A stretch of DNA of 63,628 nt, the filler included, from Octopus bimaculoides (lineage: Eukaryota): assembly GCF_001194135.2 (NCBI RefSeq). It is 7 parts of 7 records of this genome, joined end to end, with 100 filler letters (N's around TTAATTAATTAA, not from the genome) between each part and the next. Parts side by side here need not be neighbours in the genome. Positions count along the whole stretch, not along the records: positions 32,695 to 36,804 come from NC_068981.1; positions 36,905 to 51,557 come from NC_068985.1; 5 more parts are not named here. The stretch is one strand, 5' to 3'. Below the pieces are notes generated by a model that made no database searches, had not been told where the DNA came from, and saw only the letters and a program-made list of their open reading frames with translations. A program made the translations under genes and the position numbers. Positions 35,816 through 49,190 of the stretch are shown one piece after another (position 1 is the stretch's first letter; every line of letters starts with the position of its first letter).

Positions 35816-36660
35816 CAGTGGCTGAACAAAATAATGGAAACACTTAGCATCATAGTATCATAATTTTAAAATATCTATAAAACTGTCAAAAGCTTGTTTA
35901 TTTTTATATTTTTGATTTACTATTAGTGTTGCTTAATATGTTTTGCTAAAATTCCTGTTTCTTTTCAGATATCATCAGAAAAAGGTAATTAAAATTCATT
36001 AAAATGACACATCTGTTAGACTTTCAAAGAGGTCAAATTGTTGGTGCTCGTATGACACTCGCATAATGAAAAAAGCAGAAATATTTGGTGTATCAAGAAG
36101 TACTATCTCTAAAGTAATGTCAGCCTTTGAGAAAGAGGGAAAAACCTCCTCGTCGAAACAAAACTTCAGAAGAAAACCAAAACTTTCAGATAGGGATCAT
36201 CGGACTCTTAGGCGAGTTCTTAGAAACGATCACAAAAGTACAGCTCAAATTTATCCTATGATTGCAGAACTGTTTCCGGAGGGAAACGCAATCTTTCAGG
36301 ATGATAATGCACCAATTCACACAGTTAAAGTTGTTACTGAATGGCATGAGGAACATTCTAGTGAAGTTGAATATCTTATCTGACCACCACAGTCCCATGA
36401 TCTCAATATTATTGAACGTTTATGGTGCATTTTAGAAAAACAGCTAAGGAGTCGATATCCTCCACCATCATCTCTACAAGAACTGGAGACTGTTTTAGCT
36501 GAAGAATGGACAAATATTCCTTTGGAAACAATTCAAACTTTGTATGAGTCCATACCTCATAGAGTTCAAGGTGTAATTCCTGCCAAAGGTGGTCCTACCC
36601 CATATTAAAATAAATTTGTTTAAAATTTTAAGGAGTTCCCATTACATTGTCCAGCCCCTG
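35816..36660 (+). mobile_element. Tc1-family DNA transposon, internally deleted, both TIRs present
   Basis: TA|CAGTGGCTGAACAAAATAATGGAAAC ... GTTCCCATTACATTGTCCAGCCCCTG|TA. The transposase remnant 36004-36608 has the HTH (IFGVSRSTISKV), FQDDNAPIH and DLNIIERLW (DD34E-type), ending AKGGPTPY*. It carries a frameshift, a premature TGA and a deletion. Confidence 0.93.
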
Positions 36661-36745
36661 TATATATATTATATAGATGTATGTATGTATGTATGTATGT
36701 ATGTATGTATATGTATATATATATATATGCATACATACATATATG

Positions 36746-36804
<59 letters not shown>

Positions 36805-36920
36805 NNNNNNNNNNNNNNNNNNNNNNNNNNNNNNNNNNNNNNNNNNNNTTAATTAATTAANNNNNNNNNNNNNNNNNNNNNNNNNNNNNNNNNNNNNNNN
36901 NNNNATATATATATATATAT

Positions 36921-37086
36921 ACGACGGGCTTCTTTCAGTTTCCGTCTACCAAATCCACTCACAAGTCTTTGGTCGGCCCGAGGCTATAGTAGAAGACACT
37001 CGCCCAAGGTGCCACGCAGTAGGACTGAACCCGGAACAATGTGGTTGGTAAGCAAGCTACTTATCACACAGTCACTCCTGCGCCTA
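36921..37086 (-). mobile_element. SINE family A, 5' half, CpG-intact
   Basis: Near-identical to the reverse complement of 58824-58985. Confidence 0.9.
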
Positions 37087-37104
37087 ATAATAAAAATAAT
37101 AATA

Positions 37105-37506
37105 ATGATTTCAAATTCTGGCACAAGGTCCGCAATTTTAGTGGGAAGGGATAAGTCGATTACATCGACCCCAGTACTTACCCGTTACTTATTTTCATTG
37201 ATATTTAAAGGATGAAATGCAAAGGTGACCTCGGTGTAATTTGAACTCAAAACGTAATACCGTTAAGGATTTTGTCCGGCAAGCTCGACGCCTTAATGAT
37301 AATAACAATCCTTTGTACTATAAGAATAAGACCAACAATTTTAGGAGAGTAGAGTAAGTCGACTAAATTGACCCCAGGACTCAGCCGGTAGTTATCTCAT
37401 TGATATCGAAAAGATGAGAGGCAAAGTTGACCTCGCCGGAATTTGAACTCAGAACGTAAAGACAAACGAAATGCCGTTAAGAATCGTTCTATCAGCTCAC
37501 TGTCTC

Positions 37507-37566
<60 letters not shown>

Positions 37567-37907
37567 CCTTTCTACTATAGGCACAATACCTGAAATTTGG
37601 TGGAGGGGACTAGTCGATTACATCGNNNNNNNNNNNNNNNNNNNNNNNNNNNNNNNNNNNNNNNNNNNNNNNNNNNNNNNNNNNNNNNNNNNNNNNNNNN
37701 NNNNNNNNNNNNNNNNNNNNNNNNNNNNNNNNNNNNNNNNNNNNNNNNNNNNNNNNNNNNNNNNNNNNNNNNNNNNNNNNNNNNNNNNNNNNNNNNNNNN
37801 NNNNNNNNNNNNNNNNNNNNNNNNNNNNNNNNNNNNNNNNNNNNNNNNNNNNNNNNNNNNNNNNNNNNNNNNNNNNNNNNNNNNNNNNNNNNTCAGCTCA
37901 CTGTCTC

Positions 37908-37967
<60 letters not shown>

Positions 37968-38180
37968 CCTTTCTACTATAGGCACAATACCTGAAATTTG
38001 GTGGAGGGGACTAGTCGATTACATCGACACCTAGCGTTTCACTGGTACTTAATTTTATCGACCCCGAAAGGATGAAAGGCAAAGTCATCCTCGACGGAAG
38101 TTGAACTCAAAACGTAGCGGCAGACGAAATACCGCTAAGCATTTCGCCCGGCGTGCTAAAGATTCTACCCGCTCACCACC
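37105..38180 (-). mobile_element. Cluster of three tandem SINE family B copies (about 37105-37290, 37308-37500, and 37567/37990-38180) separated by (AAT)n
   Basis: Each contains GACCTCG...GAA.TTGAACTC..AACGTA. The segment 37493-37625 is repeated at 37893-38025 across a gap. Confidence 0.85.
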
Positions 38181-38286
38181 TTAATAATAATAATAATAAT
38201 AGTAATAAAAAAATAAAATAATAATAATAATAATAACAATAATAACAATAATAACAATAATAATAACAACAATAATAATAATAATA

Positions 38287-38333
<47 letters not shown>

Positions 38334-38340
38334 AATGATT
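38181..38340. repeat. Compound (AAT/AAC)n-(GAT)n microsatellite
   Basis: Direct reading. Confidence 0.95.
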
Positions 38341-38643
38341 TCATTTATTTGCCACAAGGGTGACCGATGAGGGAGACAATACAGAGACAAACATAAAGTG
38401 TGGTAGCTTACATATAACAATGAAATGATAAAAAAAAAGTATACACGTTATACACTGGAAATGAAGAGACATATGGATAGCATACAAAGGTACAAATAAC
38501 TTCTGTCCGTTTTTCACAATTTCTTGGCCATTTTAGTTTTCTTTTTATCTTTTTTATTTTCTTTAATTTCTTTGATTTATCGGTTTTAGCAAATTCTTTT
38601 TACAAAAATACTTTTTCCCCTACTCTCTCCCCACCTCTCTCTC

Positions 38644-38699
<56 letters not shown>

Positions 38700-39155
38700 C
38701 ACTAGTGTTCTATTTGATAGTTGTGAACAGGTTAATTTTACCATTCAGCTGACTAATCAATCTCTCACACTGCTATAGACTAATTGATAAGAATGAGAAC
38801 ATTGATGTATGTGTGGTAAGGTGGGAAATGCATGTGTGTGTCTGAATGTTTGTGTGTGTGTGTGTGTGTGCATGTGTGTGTGCGTGTGTGTGCGTACGCG
38901 TGTGTATGTGTGTGTGTGAGTGTGTGTGATGGGGGGGGGGCTCCCAGCTGAGTTAGCTTCAGTCATTTGGGATAGTCCATCAAGAAAATATTGCGTAAAC
39001 TGATGACAAAGCCAACAAGCTAGTGTACAACAATAATAACAATAAACTCAAACATACAAAGTACTTAATACATAAAGAGCCAAACCAATTGAAAAATAAC
39101 AAATCTAATAATAATAACAACAACAACAACAATAACAATAATAATAATTATTATA

Positions 39156-39186
<31 letters not shown>

Positions 39187-39188
39187 TG

Positions 39189-39238
<50 letters not shown>

Positions 39239-39837
39239 CATTATTATTATTATTATTTACGAAACTACATTCAACCGTCTACCAGTTCNNNNNNNNNNNN
39301 NNNNNNNNNNNNNNNNNNNNNNNNNNNNNNNNNNNNNNNNNNNNNNNNNNNNNNNNNNNNNNNNNNNNNNNNNNNNNNNNNNNNNNNNNNNNNNNNNNNN
39401 NNNNNNNNNNNNNNNNNNNNNNNNNNNNNNNNNNNNNNNNNNNNNNNNNNNNNNNNNNNNNNNNNNNNNNNNNNNNNNNNNNNNNNNNNNNNNNNNNNNN
39501 NNNNNNNNNNNNNNNNNNNNNNNNNNNNNNNNNNNNNNNNNNNNNNNNNNNNNNNNNNNNNNNNNNNNNNNNNNNNNNNNNNNNNNNNNNNNNNNNNNNN
39601 NNNNNNNNNNNNNNNNNNNNNNNNNNNNNNNNNNNNNNNNNNNNNNNNNNNNNNNNNNNNNNNNNNNNNNNNNNNNNNNNNNNNNNNNNNNNNNNNNNNN
39701 NNNNNNNNNNNNNNNNNNNNNNNNNNNNNNNNNNNNNNNNNNNNNNNNNNNNNNNNNNNNNNNNNNNNNNNNNNNNNNNNNNNNNNNNNNNATATATATA
39801 TATGCATGTGTGTATATGTATGTGTGTATATGTATGT

Positions 39838-40020
39838 TATTCCCCAGCATCGCTTAGCAACCGATGTTGGTGTGTTTACGTCCCCGTAACTTAAAGATTT
39901 GACAAAAGAGACTGATACAATAAGTACTAGGCTCACAAAGAATAAGTTCCGGGCTCGATTTGCTCAACTAAAAGGTGATGCTCCAACACGGCCGCAGTCA
40001 AATGACTGAAACAAGTAAAA
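39838..40020 (+). mobile_element. SINE family A, 3' half
   Basis: CCCCAGCATCGCTTAGCAACCGATG...CCGCAGTCAAATGACTGAAACAAGTAAAA. Confidence 0.85.
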
Positions 40021-40572
40021 ATGTAAATATATATATATATATATATGTATGTATATATATATAATATTTATGCATTCACTAGTGTACTCGTACTAAACTA
40101 TGCACACATCCATGCTCACTGTAATCTGTGTGCGCACAAAATCATACACACACATACACTAAATTACGCGCGTGCACATATACTCACACAGACATACACA
40201 CACATATATATATATACATATAATTTAATTGTATACGCGCATACAGACACTTGCACACAAAGCCAAATACACCAGCAGTTCTCTTCTAAACATTCACTTA
40301 AACAGGATAATCAAAGAATAACATGCCTACATATTCACACACAAACACATATACGCACAAACAAACATACGCACAAACAAACATATACGCACGAACAAAC
40401 ACACAGACACACATGCACACACACATACATGCACGGGCACACATAATACTTTATACACGTCTTACACACAAGTGGCATCGAATGGCGTAATGACATGGAA
40501 AATACTAATTCCAGCAAATGAAAAAATATTGACCAATTCTTTTCAATGGTTAATGTCCCGATACTACATATT

Positions 40573-40702
<130 letters not shown>

Positions 40703-41571
40703 NNNNNNNNNNNNNNNNNNNNNNNNNNNNNNNNNNNNNNNNNNNNNNNNNNNNNNNNNNNNNNNNNNNNNNNNNNNNNNNNNNNNNNNNNNNNNNNNNN
40801 NNNNNNNNNNNNNNNNNNNNNNNNNNNNNNNNNNNNNNNNNNNNNNNNNNNNNNNNNNNNNNNNNNNNNNNNNNNNNNNNNNNNNNNNNNNNNNNNNNNN
40901 NNNNNNNNNNNNNNNNNNNNNNNNNNNNNNNNNNNNNNNNNNNNNNNNNNNNNNNNNNNNNNNNNNNNNNNNNNNNNNNNNNNNNNNNNNNNNNNNNNNN
41001 NNNNNNNNNNNNNNNNNNNNNNNNNNNNNNNNNNNNNNNNNNNNNNNNNNNNNNNNNNNNNNNNNNNNNNNNNNNNNNNNNNNNNNNNNNNNNNNNNNNN
41101 NNNNNNNNNNNNNNNNNNNNNNNNNNNNNNNNNNNNNNNNNNNNNNNNNNNNNNNNNNNNNNNNNNNNNNNNNNNNNNNNNNNNNNNNNNNNNNNNNNNN
41201 NNNNNNNNNNNNNNNNNNNNNNNNNNNNNNNNNNNNNNNNNNNNNNNNNNNNNNNNNNNNNNNNNNNNNNNNNNNNNNNNNNNNNNNNNNNNNNNNNNNN
41301 NNNNNNNNNNNNNNNNNNNNNNNNNNNNNNNNNNNNNNNNNNNNNNNNNNNNNNNNNNNNNNNNNNNNNNNNNNNNNNNNNNNNNNNNNNNNNNNNNNNN
41401 NNNNNNNNNNNNNNNNNNNNNNNNNNNNNNNNNNNNNNNNNNNNNNNNNNNNNNNNNNNNNNNNNNNNNNNNNNNNNNNNNNNNNNNNNNNNNNNNNNNN
41501 NNNNNNNNNNNNNNNNNNNNNNNNNNNNNNNNNNNNNNNNNNNNNNNNNNNNNNNNNNNNNNNNNNNNNNN

Positions 41572-41752
41572 CCAACATCGCTTGACAACTGATGGTGGTG
41601 TGTTTAAGTCCCTGTAACTTAGCGGTTCGGCAAAAGAGACCGATAGAATAGGTACTAAGTTTTTCAAAGAATAAGTCCTGGGGGTCGATTTGCTCGACTA
41701 AAAGGCAATGCTCCAGCATGGCCGCAGCCAAATGACTGAAACAAGTAAGAAA
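41572..41752 (+). mobile_element. SINE family A, 3' half
   Basis: CCAACATCGCTTGACAAC...GGCCGCAGCCAAATGACTGAAACAAGTAA. Confidence 0.85.
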
Positions 41753-42958
41753 GTAATAATGGAGCCTTTGATCATAATTCCACTCTACCAGACCTGACTT
41801 GGGGTTGAACGACAACGACAACAACAGCAACAATAACAACGACAACAACAACAACAATAACAACAACAAGAAGCAACGAACATATCTAAGTATACATCTT
41901 CTATCAACTAAAGCCTGAAATCGTACAATACATTAGTTTGTCTATGGTGTTATTTTACTGATGAGGGGGAAAATTGCGAATTAAAATTCTCACGATTCCA
42001 AAGATAAACCAATTTATTCCAATCTATATAGTATAATCTATGTGCTGTTTAGCCGACGGATAACGTCACTTATTTGCAGCGTTTCAACATATCTGCACGA
42101 CAGTCTTCCTCATCTGTATATCTTTTCTGTTATCATTTACTTTTTTTAAAAAAATCATTAGACTGCGGTCATGCTGGGGCACCGCTTTGCAGACTGGTAT
42201 TCATTCTATTGAGTATCCTTTACCGAACTGCTAAATTACGAGGACGTAAAAAGAGACACAAAGGTGCGCGCGCGTAAACACACACATACATGTATGCATA
42301 TATATGTATACACACATACACACGTATGTATATAGTTTCTAATGTATATATATATTTATGTATCTAGTTTCTAATTGCATTTATTTTTTATTTCAGAAAT
42401 TTAACATAAATATGGCCATGCGATTGACGAAAGTTTATTATTCGTTTCTTTAAGTAATGCGATAAATTTGTGTTCCATAAAAAATTACTTAATAAACATT
42501 TATATACTAGGCGTAGGAGTGGCTGTGTGGTAAGTAGCTTGCTTAAGAACCACATTGTTCCTGTATGGTCTGGCTAAGTCAAAATGTTTTTTTGTATTCT
42601 TCCTTTCCACTTGGAGAGTTTAAATGTAGATACAACAATATGTCCTGTTGAGATGAAATTTCACTAAATTTCTATATCTTTGTGCAGCTGAGGATTGCTC
42701 TGCATTTTACATTTGATGTAATGTTCACATTGCTTAAATAAACGGAGTCGCATGAAACGATCGTACTGCATTAACTTTGAATATCTTTGTTGCGAAGTAG
42801 AGAAATTTGAAAAGACAACACGAAACCGGTTATTTCTCAAAATACAATGTTTATATACCAAAAAGATTTAACATTTTTCTAACATTTTTCTGACATAATT
42901 TAAATATATACTTTAACCACGTAACACAAGCCTTCTGTAGTTTTTTCACTCTTATTAT

Positions 42959-43032
<74 letters not shown>

Positions 43033-45000
43033 GAGAGAGAGAGAGATAGATAGAAAGATAGATAGATAGAGATATGCACGAACATATACACATATATCAT
43101 ATCTACATATTTATATATGCATATATACATGAACATATATATATACATACATTTGAAGATATATATATATAATATATATACAGAACAAAATTTTTGTTAT
43201 CATCCATATCTAAAGATAAGATGTTTTATAGGTCACCTGACTATTGATGAAACAATCGTAAACCATGAAATAAATTTCATGCCATATGCTACATTATTCG
43301 CAAATATGTTATACATACTTACAAATATGCAAATATAACAGTCATCAAAATCTATACGTTAAAACTGCATATTTCATAAAAGTACTTAAAAGATATTTCA
43401 TTCCAAGATATGTATCAAATTTTCAATAAACGAAAACTCCATTATTTTAGTACCGGTCTAATTTTCATATGGCCTTAGTTCTAATGGCTAAAACAAAAAA
43501 TTTAAAAATGCTAAAGAACATAAAATTTTCTCTTTAAGAATGTAAATGCATACTGAATACCAGGTCGTTTTATGACTAAAAAAACATTTAAAGTCAATTG
43601 TGAAAACTACGGATGGTCAATAGCCGAGATTTGGCTGCCTTAAATATAACTGACGTAATTAATCGATTTTACAAACTTTAACAAAGGGTAGAATGAGCAA
43701 ACTCTAATGGTTAGATTGCTGATAGGAGCTGTGTCATTGCCACGTCAAGCTCAATGTCCAGTGGACGGTGCTGAACCATTGTCTTGCAACATAGATGTTG
43801 GATTCAGGCAATACATCCAAATACACAGTCTGTAAATAAAGTTTGAATGGTCACAACTGGAAAATCTTTGATCACTGAGTGTTCTCACTAAGAGCACTCC
43901 TGTGGGCAAGCAATGACAACAACAACAATAATACAGTTAATGACATCTAAACAAAAGCAACAACACCATAAACGATAGCCTTGATCATTAAACTAATGAC
44001 TTTGTAGGTGCAATTAGAAAACTAAATAAAGCAAGAAGAAATGGAAGGTCAAGGAGCAAATGAAACTAAAAAAAAAAAAATCCCTGAGCAGTTCTCTCCT
44101 CTTAAGGGAAATTTCTCCCTTCTATTTCTTAACAAACTCTCTTTCCCTCCCCCTCTTTCTCTCTCTGTCTCTCTCTCTCTCTGTCTCTCTGTCNNNNNNN
44201 NNNNNNNNNNNNNNNNNNNNNNNNNNNNNNNNNNNNNNNNNNNNNNNNNNNNNNNNNNNNNNNNNNNNNNNNNNNNNNNNNNNNNNNNNNNNNNNNNNNN
44301 NNNNNNNNNNNNNNNNNNNNNNNNNNNNNNNNNNNNNNNNNNNNNNNNNNNNNNNNNNNNNNNNNNNNNNNNNNNNNNNNNNNNNNNNNNNNNNNNNNNN
44401 NNNNNNNNNNNNNNNNNNNNNNNNNNNNNNNNNNNNNNNNNNNNNNNNNNNNNNNNNNNNNNNNNNNNNNNNNNNNNNNNNNNNNNNNNNNNNNNNNNNN
44501 NNNNNNNNNNNNNNNNNNNNNNNNNNNNNNNNNNNNNNNNNNNNNNNNNNNNNNNNNNNNNNNNNNNNNNNNNNNNNNNNNNNNNNNNNNNNNNNNNNNN
44601 NNNNNNNNNNNNNNNNNNNNNNNNNNNNNNNNNNNNNNNNNNNNNNNNNNNNNNNNNNNNNNNNNNNNNNNNNNNNNNNNNNNNNNNNNNNNNNNNNNNN
44701 NNNNNNNNNNNNNNNNNNNNNNNNNNNNNNNNNNNNNNNNNNNNNNNNNNNNNNNNNNNNNNNNNNNNNNNNNNNNNNNNNNNNNNNNNNNNNNNNNNNN
44801 NNNNNNNNNNNNNNNNNNNNNNNNNNNNNNNNNNNNNNNNNNNNNNNNNNNNNNNNNNNNNNNNNNNNNNNNNNNNNNNNNNNNNNNNNNNNNNNTAAAT
44901 ACCAGTCAAGTACTGGGGTCGATGTAATCGACTTCCCCTCCCCTCAAAAACTGGTGGCCCTGTGCCAGAATTTGAGGTCATTTTTTAATTTCAGCTCACA

Positions 45001-45610
45001 TAGGCGCAGGCGTGGTTGTGTGGTAAGAAGCTTGCTTCCTGACCACAGGGTTCTGGGTTCAGTCCCACTGCGTGGAACCTTGGGCAAGTATCTTCTACTA
45101 TAGTCCCGGGCGACCAAAGCCTTGTGAATGGATTTGATAGACGGAAACTGAAACGTTAGCTCGCCGGACAAAATGCTTAGCGGTATTTCGCCTGTCTTTA
45201 TGTTCTGAGTTCAAATTCCGCCGAGGTCGACTTTGCCTTTTATCCTTTCGGGGGCGATTAAATAAGTACCAGTTACGCACTGGGGGCGATATAATCGGCT
45301 TAATGTTTGTCTGTCCTTCTTTGTCCCCTCTGTGTGTAGCCCCTTGTGGACAGTAAAGAAATAAGGAAACTGAAAGAAGCCCGTCTTATATATGTGTGTG
45401 TTTGTGTCTGTGATTGTCCCCTCTCCATCGCTTGACAACCGATGTTGGTGTATTTACATGCCCGTAACTTAGCGGTTCGTCAAAAGAGCCCTATAGAATA
45501 AGAACCAGGCTTACATAGTATAAATCAAGGGGTTGATTTCTTCGACTAAAAGGCGGTGCTCCAGCAAGGCCACAGTCAAAATGACTGAAACAAGTAAAAG
45601 AATAAAAGAA
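45001..45610 (+). mobile_element. SINE family A with a 5'-truncated SINE family B inserted at 45154-45364
   Basis: An 11-bp duplication GGAAACTGAAA at 45143-45153 and 45365-45375 flanks the family B sequence. Family A resumes afterwards. Confidence 0.9.
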
Positions 45611-46689
45611 TATCTACTTACCATAACCAGTATTATCTCGTTGTTATATTGGCACCAAGTCAATTAAATCAGGCCGATACCATTTTTAGAAGATTTTTTT
45701 TGTCTATTTCATTTTCTTTCTTTTTCAGATTCTTCTAATCTCACAAACTTTCTTTCCACAAATGAATTNNNNNNNNNNNNNNNNNNNNNNNNNNNNNNNN
45801 NNNNNNNNNNNNNNNNNNNNNNNNNNNNNNNNNNNNNNNNNNNNNNNNNNNNNNNNNNNNNNNNNNNNNNNNNNNNNNNNNNNNNNNNNNNNNNNNNNNN
45901 NNNNNNNNNNNNNNNNNNNNNNNNNNNNNNNNNNNNNNNNNNNNNNNNNNNNNNNNNNNNNNNNNNNNNNNNNNNNNNNNNNNNNNNNNNNNNNNNNNNN
46001 NNNNNNNNNNNNNNNNNNNNNNNNNNNNNNNNNNNNNNNNNNNNNNNNNNNNNNNNNNNNNNNNNNNNNNNNNNNNNNNNNNNNNNNNNNNNNNNNNNNN
46101 NNNNNNNNNNNNNNNNNNNNNNNNNNNNNNNNNNNNNNNNNNNNNNNNNNNNNNNNNNNNNNNNNNNNNNNNNNNNNNNNNNNNNNNNNNNNNNNNNNNN
46201 NNNNNNNNNNNNNNNNNNNNNNNNNNNNNNNNNNNNNNNNNNNNNNNNNNNNNNNNNNNNNNNNNNNNNNNNNNNNNNNNNNNNNNNNNNNNNNNNNNNN
46301 NNNNNNNNNNNNNNNNNNNNNNNNNNNAGCCGGATTAAACCGCAAATAAAGAAGTTTACTCTCGTGAGAGATGAGTAGGAAATTTAGTTATCCCGCTATT
46401 GATAAATCCATTTTTTTTCTTTTCTTATTTTCATCTTCTAAATGATACGAGATCTCAAAAGTAAAGGTTAAATAGTTACTTTGGGTAAACATTCAATATT
46501 CCAAATCATTGATTGGCAGAATCTGTAGAGCGTCCAGAAAAGCAGTCTTGTGGTATTTCTTCCGTCTCTTTGCATATTGCGTTCAAATCACGCTATAATC
46601 AAACATTACACGTCACCATTCTAATGTTGATGAAAAAAAAAAAAAAATCAGTCAAATACAGGAAATCGGTCTAACCAACTATCCATTTC

Positions 46690-46865
46690 CTCCAAATTTC
46701 AGGCCATGGGTGGCATTTTGTCCGTCTAAGTTCAAATTCCACAGAGGTCGACTTTGCCTTTTAAAGTTGATAAACTTTGAAATAACAGTTGAGCACTGGG
46801 GTCGAGGTAACCGACACTTCCCTGCACCCGAAATTTCAGGCTTTGTGCCTATAGTAGAAAGGATA
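46690..46865 (+). mobile_element. SINE family B
   Basis: AAGTTCAAATTCCACAGAGGTCGACTTTGCC...CTGGGGTCGAGG...AGGCTTTGTGCCTATAGTAGAAAGG. Confidence 0.8.
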
Positions 46866-46989
46866 ACTACTACCACTACTACTACTACTACTGTGAGAGT
46901 AATATTTTGTTTTGCAGCGATTTTAGATCTTCCGTCCCTGTTTTCCTTCCAGTGCTCTTAAACCACTAGTGTGTCCATGTCTGCATTCT

Positions 46990-48355
46990 GCACACTTTTT
47001 AGGTACTATCCGTGCATTATCTTGCTCATCCCCCATATTTACTTCAGTTGAAGTCAGCTATGTTTTCTTACATTTTGCTTCATTCGTTCGGCGTAAATGG
47101 TTGTTATCTCGTTTTCTGTTGGTGGTTGTTTCTGGAATACCAAACTCTTTCTTAAAATGCCCCTCTTTCTTGTTGAATTATATCCTTCTTTGACTTATTC
47201 TTCAGGTGAGTGGGTTTTCTGGTTTTCTCAGGTATGTGTCCAACCTAATAGTGATTCCCTCGAAGGTCAGTAAGACCTGAACCTGACCTCGTCCTCCTCA
47301 AGATCTTGGTTGGTAAAAACCTTTCGATATCTGCCTTCTTGTGAAACCTCTTCTCTATGGGTAGCATCTTTCTAGTCTTTTATGTCAAGTCTCTTGTTGC
47401 CGACCAGTTTCCACTTCATAATGTTGAAGATGTACGTTGCTACGAGTATTGTTTGAATGTTCACAGTCTTAAATATGCTAGCCGCAATCAGTTCATATTG
47501 TAATAAAATACGCAGCTGACCTGTAGTACCGTCTTCATCGTTGATTCCTATGTAGGTGCCATCGAGATCTAGCTCCTTAATCATCGTGTCGGTATCAAGG
47601 TTTATCTGGGTTTGCAATCTTGGTCAGTTATCTTCTCTGGAAGAATCCCAAACTGATGCAGTAGCTGAAAATTTTGATGATGGTGAATAAAGCCGTCTGC
47701 TGGTTTTCATCCTCGGAAACCGTCTTGAGGTACTAAATGTAAATTAGGCGGTTCAGTTTCCCATTGTGTGTGCTGTACCAGTAACTACTGTTGTTCAGTA
47801 GATTGCTAAGTAGTGTTAGTGTAACGCAGAAGAGTGTCGACACATATTCACCATATATATATTTTCTCAAGCTGCTTGTTGGTAGCGCTTGGTCTTGAGC
47901 GGATATAATAAGGCTCGGTTATTCTCAAATTCTCCAGCTGATACACTCCACTCTCCTCTTTGAGTGTCTTTAACCACTCTGCTTCAATTTCGTGCTGTTT
48001 CTCCTGAGACCATATGTTTGACTAGAATCTTTTGCTTTCTTCTGCATCCGGCACGGCTTTTTCACCTTTTTCTTTCCAGTTCCTGATAGATTCGTTTCTG
48101 ACTTTGTTCAAAAAGCCTGTTTAATCTGTATTACTCAATTCTCTATTCATATCTCTTTAGTTTATGTGCTTTAGCTTTCAACCTCTGTTTTAATTCCTCA
48201 ATCACAACATTGATTCCCTTTCTCTTCAGCCTATACTTCCTCTCTAGCTCAACATATTTCTCTTGCTGAACTTCATTTCTCTTTTACCTTTCCAGAATAT
48301 TAATATGCTTTCTGGTCTCGTTAATAGACTGCGTTATTCTCCTTTTCAAACCATA
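46990..48355 (-). mobile_element. R4/Dong-like (RLE-type) LINE ORF remnant with internal deletions
   Basis: The minus strand gives KRRITQSINETRKHINILER*...VIEELKQRLKAKAHKLKRYE...NRLFEQSQKRIYQEL...PDAEESKRF*SNIW...EWLKTLKE, then post-RT KELD...YIGINEDDG and GGRG-type motifs, with many stops. Confidence 0.85.
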
Positions 48356-48392
48356 GTTTAGAGACGTGGTTATTGCTAGTTGAAAATTATTA

Positions 48393-48447
<55 letters not shown>

Positions 48448-48476
48448 CATTATTATTATTATTATTATTATTGTTA

Positions 48477-48680
48477 AGGTGGCGACCTGGAAGCACGCCG
48501 GACAAAGCGCTTAGCGGTATTTCGTCTGCCACTACGTATTGAGTTCAAATTCGGCCGAGGTCGACTTTGTCTTTCATCCTTTCGGGGTCAATGAAATAAG
48601 TACCAGTTACGTACTGGGGACGATGTAATCGACTTAATCCCCTCCTCCAAGCTGCCTTTGTGGCAAAAATTTGAAATCAA
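48477..48680 (+). mobile_element. SINE family B, CpG-intact
   Basis: AAGGTGGCGACCTGG...GAGTTCAAATTCGGCCGAGGTCGACTTTG...ACTGGGGACGATGTAATCGAC retains about 14 CpGs. Confidence 0.88.
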
Positions 48681-48681
48681 C

Positions 48682-48769
48682 ATTATTATTATCATCGTCG
48701 TCGTCATCTTCGCCGTCGTCGTCGTCGTCGCCGCCGTCATCATCATTATCATCCTCATCCTTATCATCC

Positions 48770-48813
<44 letters not shown>

Positions 48814-48981
48814 GTCATTATCATCATCATCATTATCATCCTCATCATTATCATCATCATCATTATCATCATCATCATCATCATCATCATTATCATCATC
48901 ATCATTATCATCATCATCATTATCATCATCATCATTATCATCATCATCATTATCATCCTCATCATTATCATCATCATCATT

Positions 48982-49014
<33 letters not shown>

Positions 49015-49146
49015 TTCATCATCATTATCATCATCATCATTATCATCATCATAATCATCATCATCATCATCATCATTATCATCATCATCCTTATCATCAT
49101 CATCATTATCGTCATCATCATTATCATCATCATCATCATCATCATC

Positions 49147-49180
<34 letters not shown>

Positions 49181-49190
49181 GCAACAACAC
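48682..49190. repeat. ~500-bp degenerate (TCA/TCG/TTA)n microsatellite ending in (CAA)n
   Basis: Direct reading. It produces the poly-M/D/I/S ORFs in the track. Confidence 0.95.

Noticed and set aside
37493-38025. Repeated SINE-B flank with (AAT)n on both sides of a gap
   Set aside because: Same overlap artefact, around a microsatellite of uncertain length.
42398-42453. Acceptor TTTCAG followed by MAMRLTKVYYSFL
   Set aside because: All three frames stop before the putative donor.
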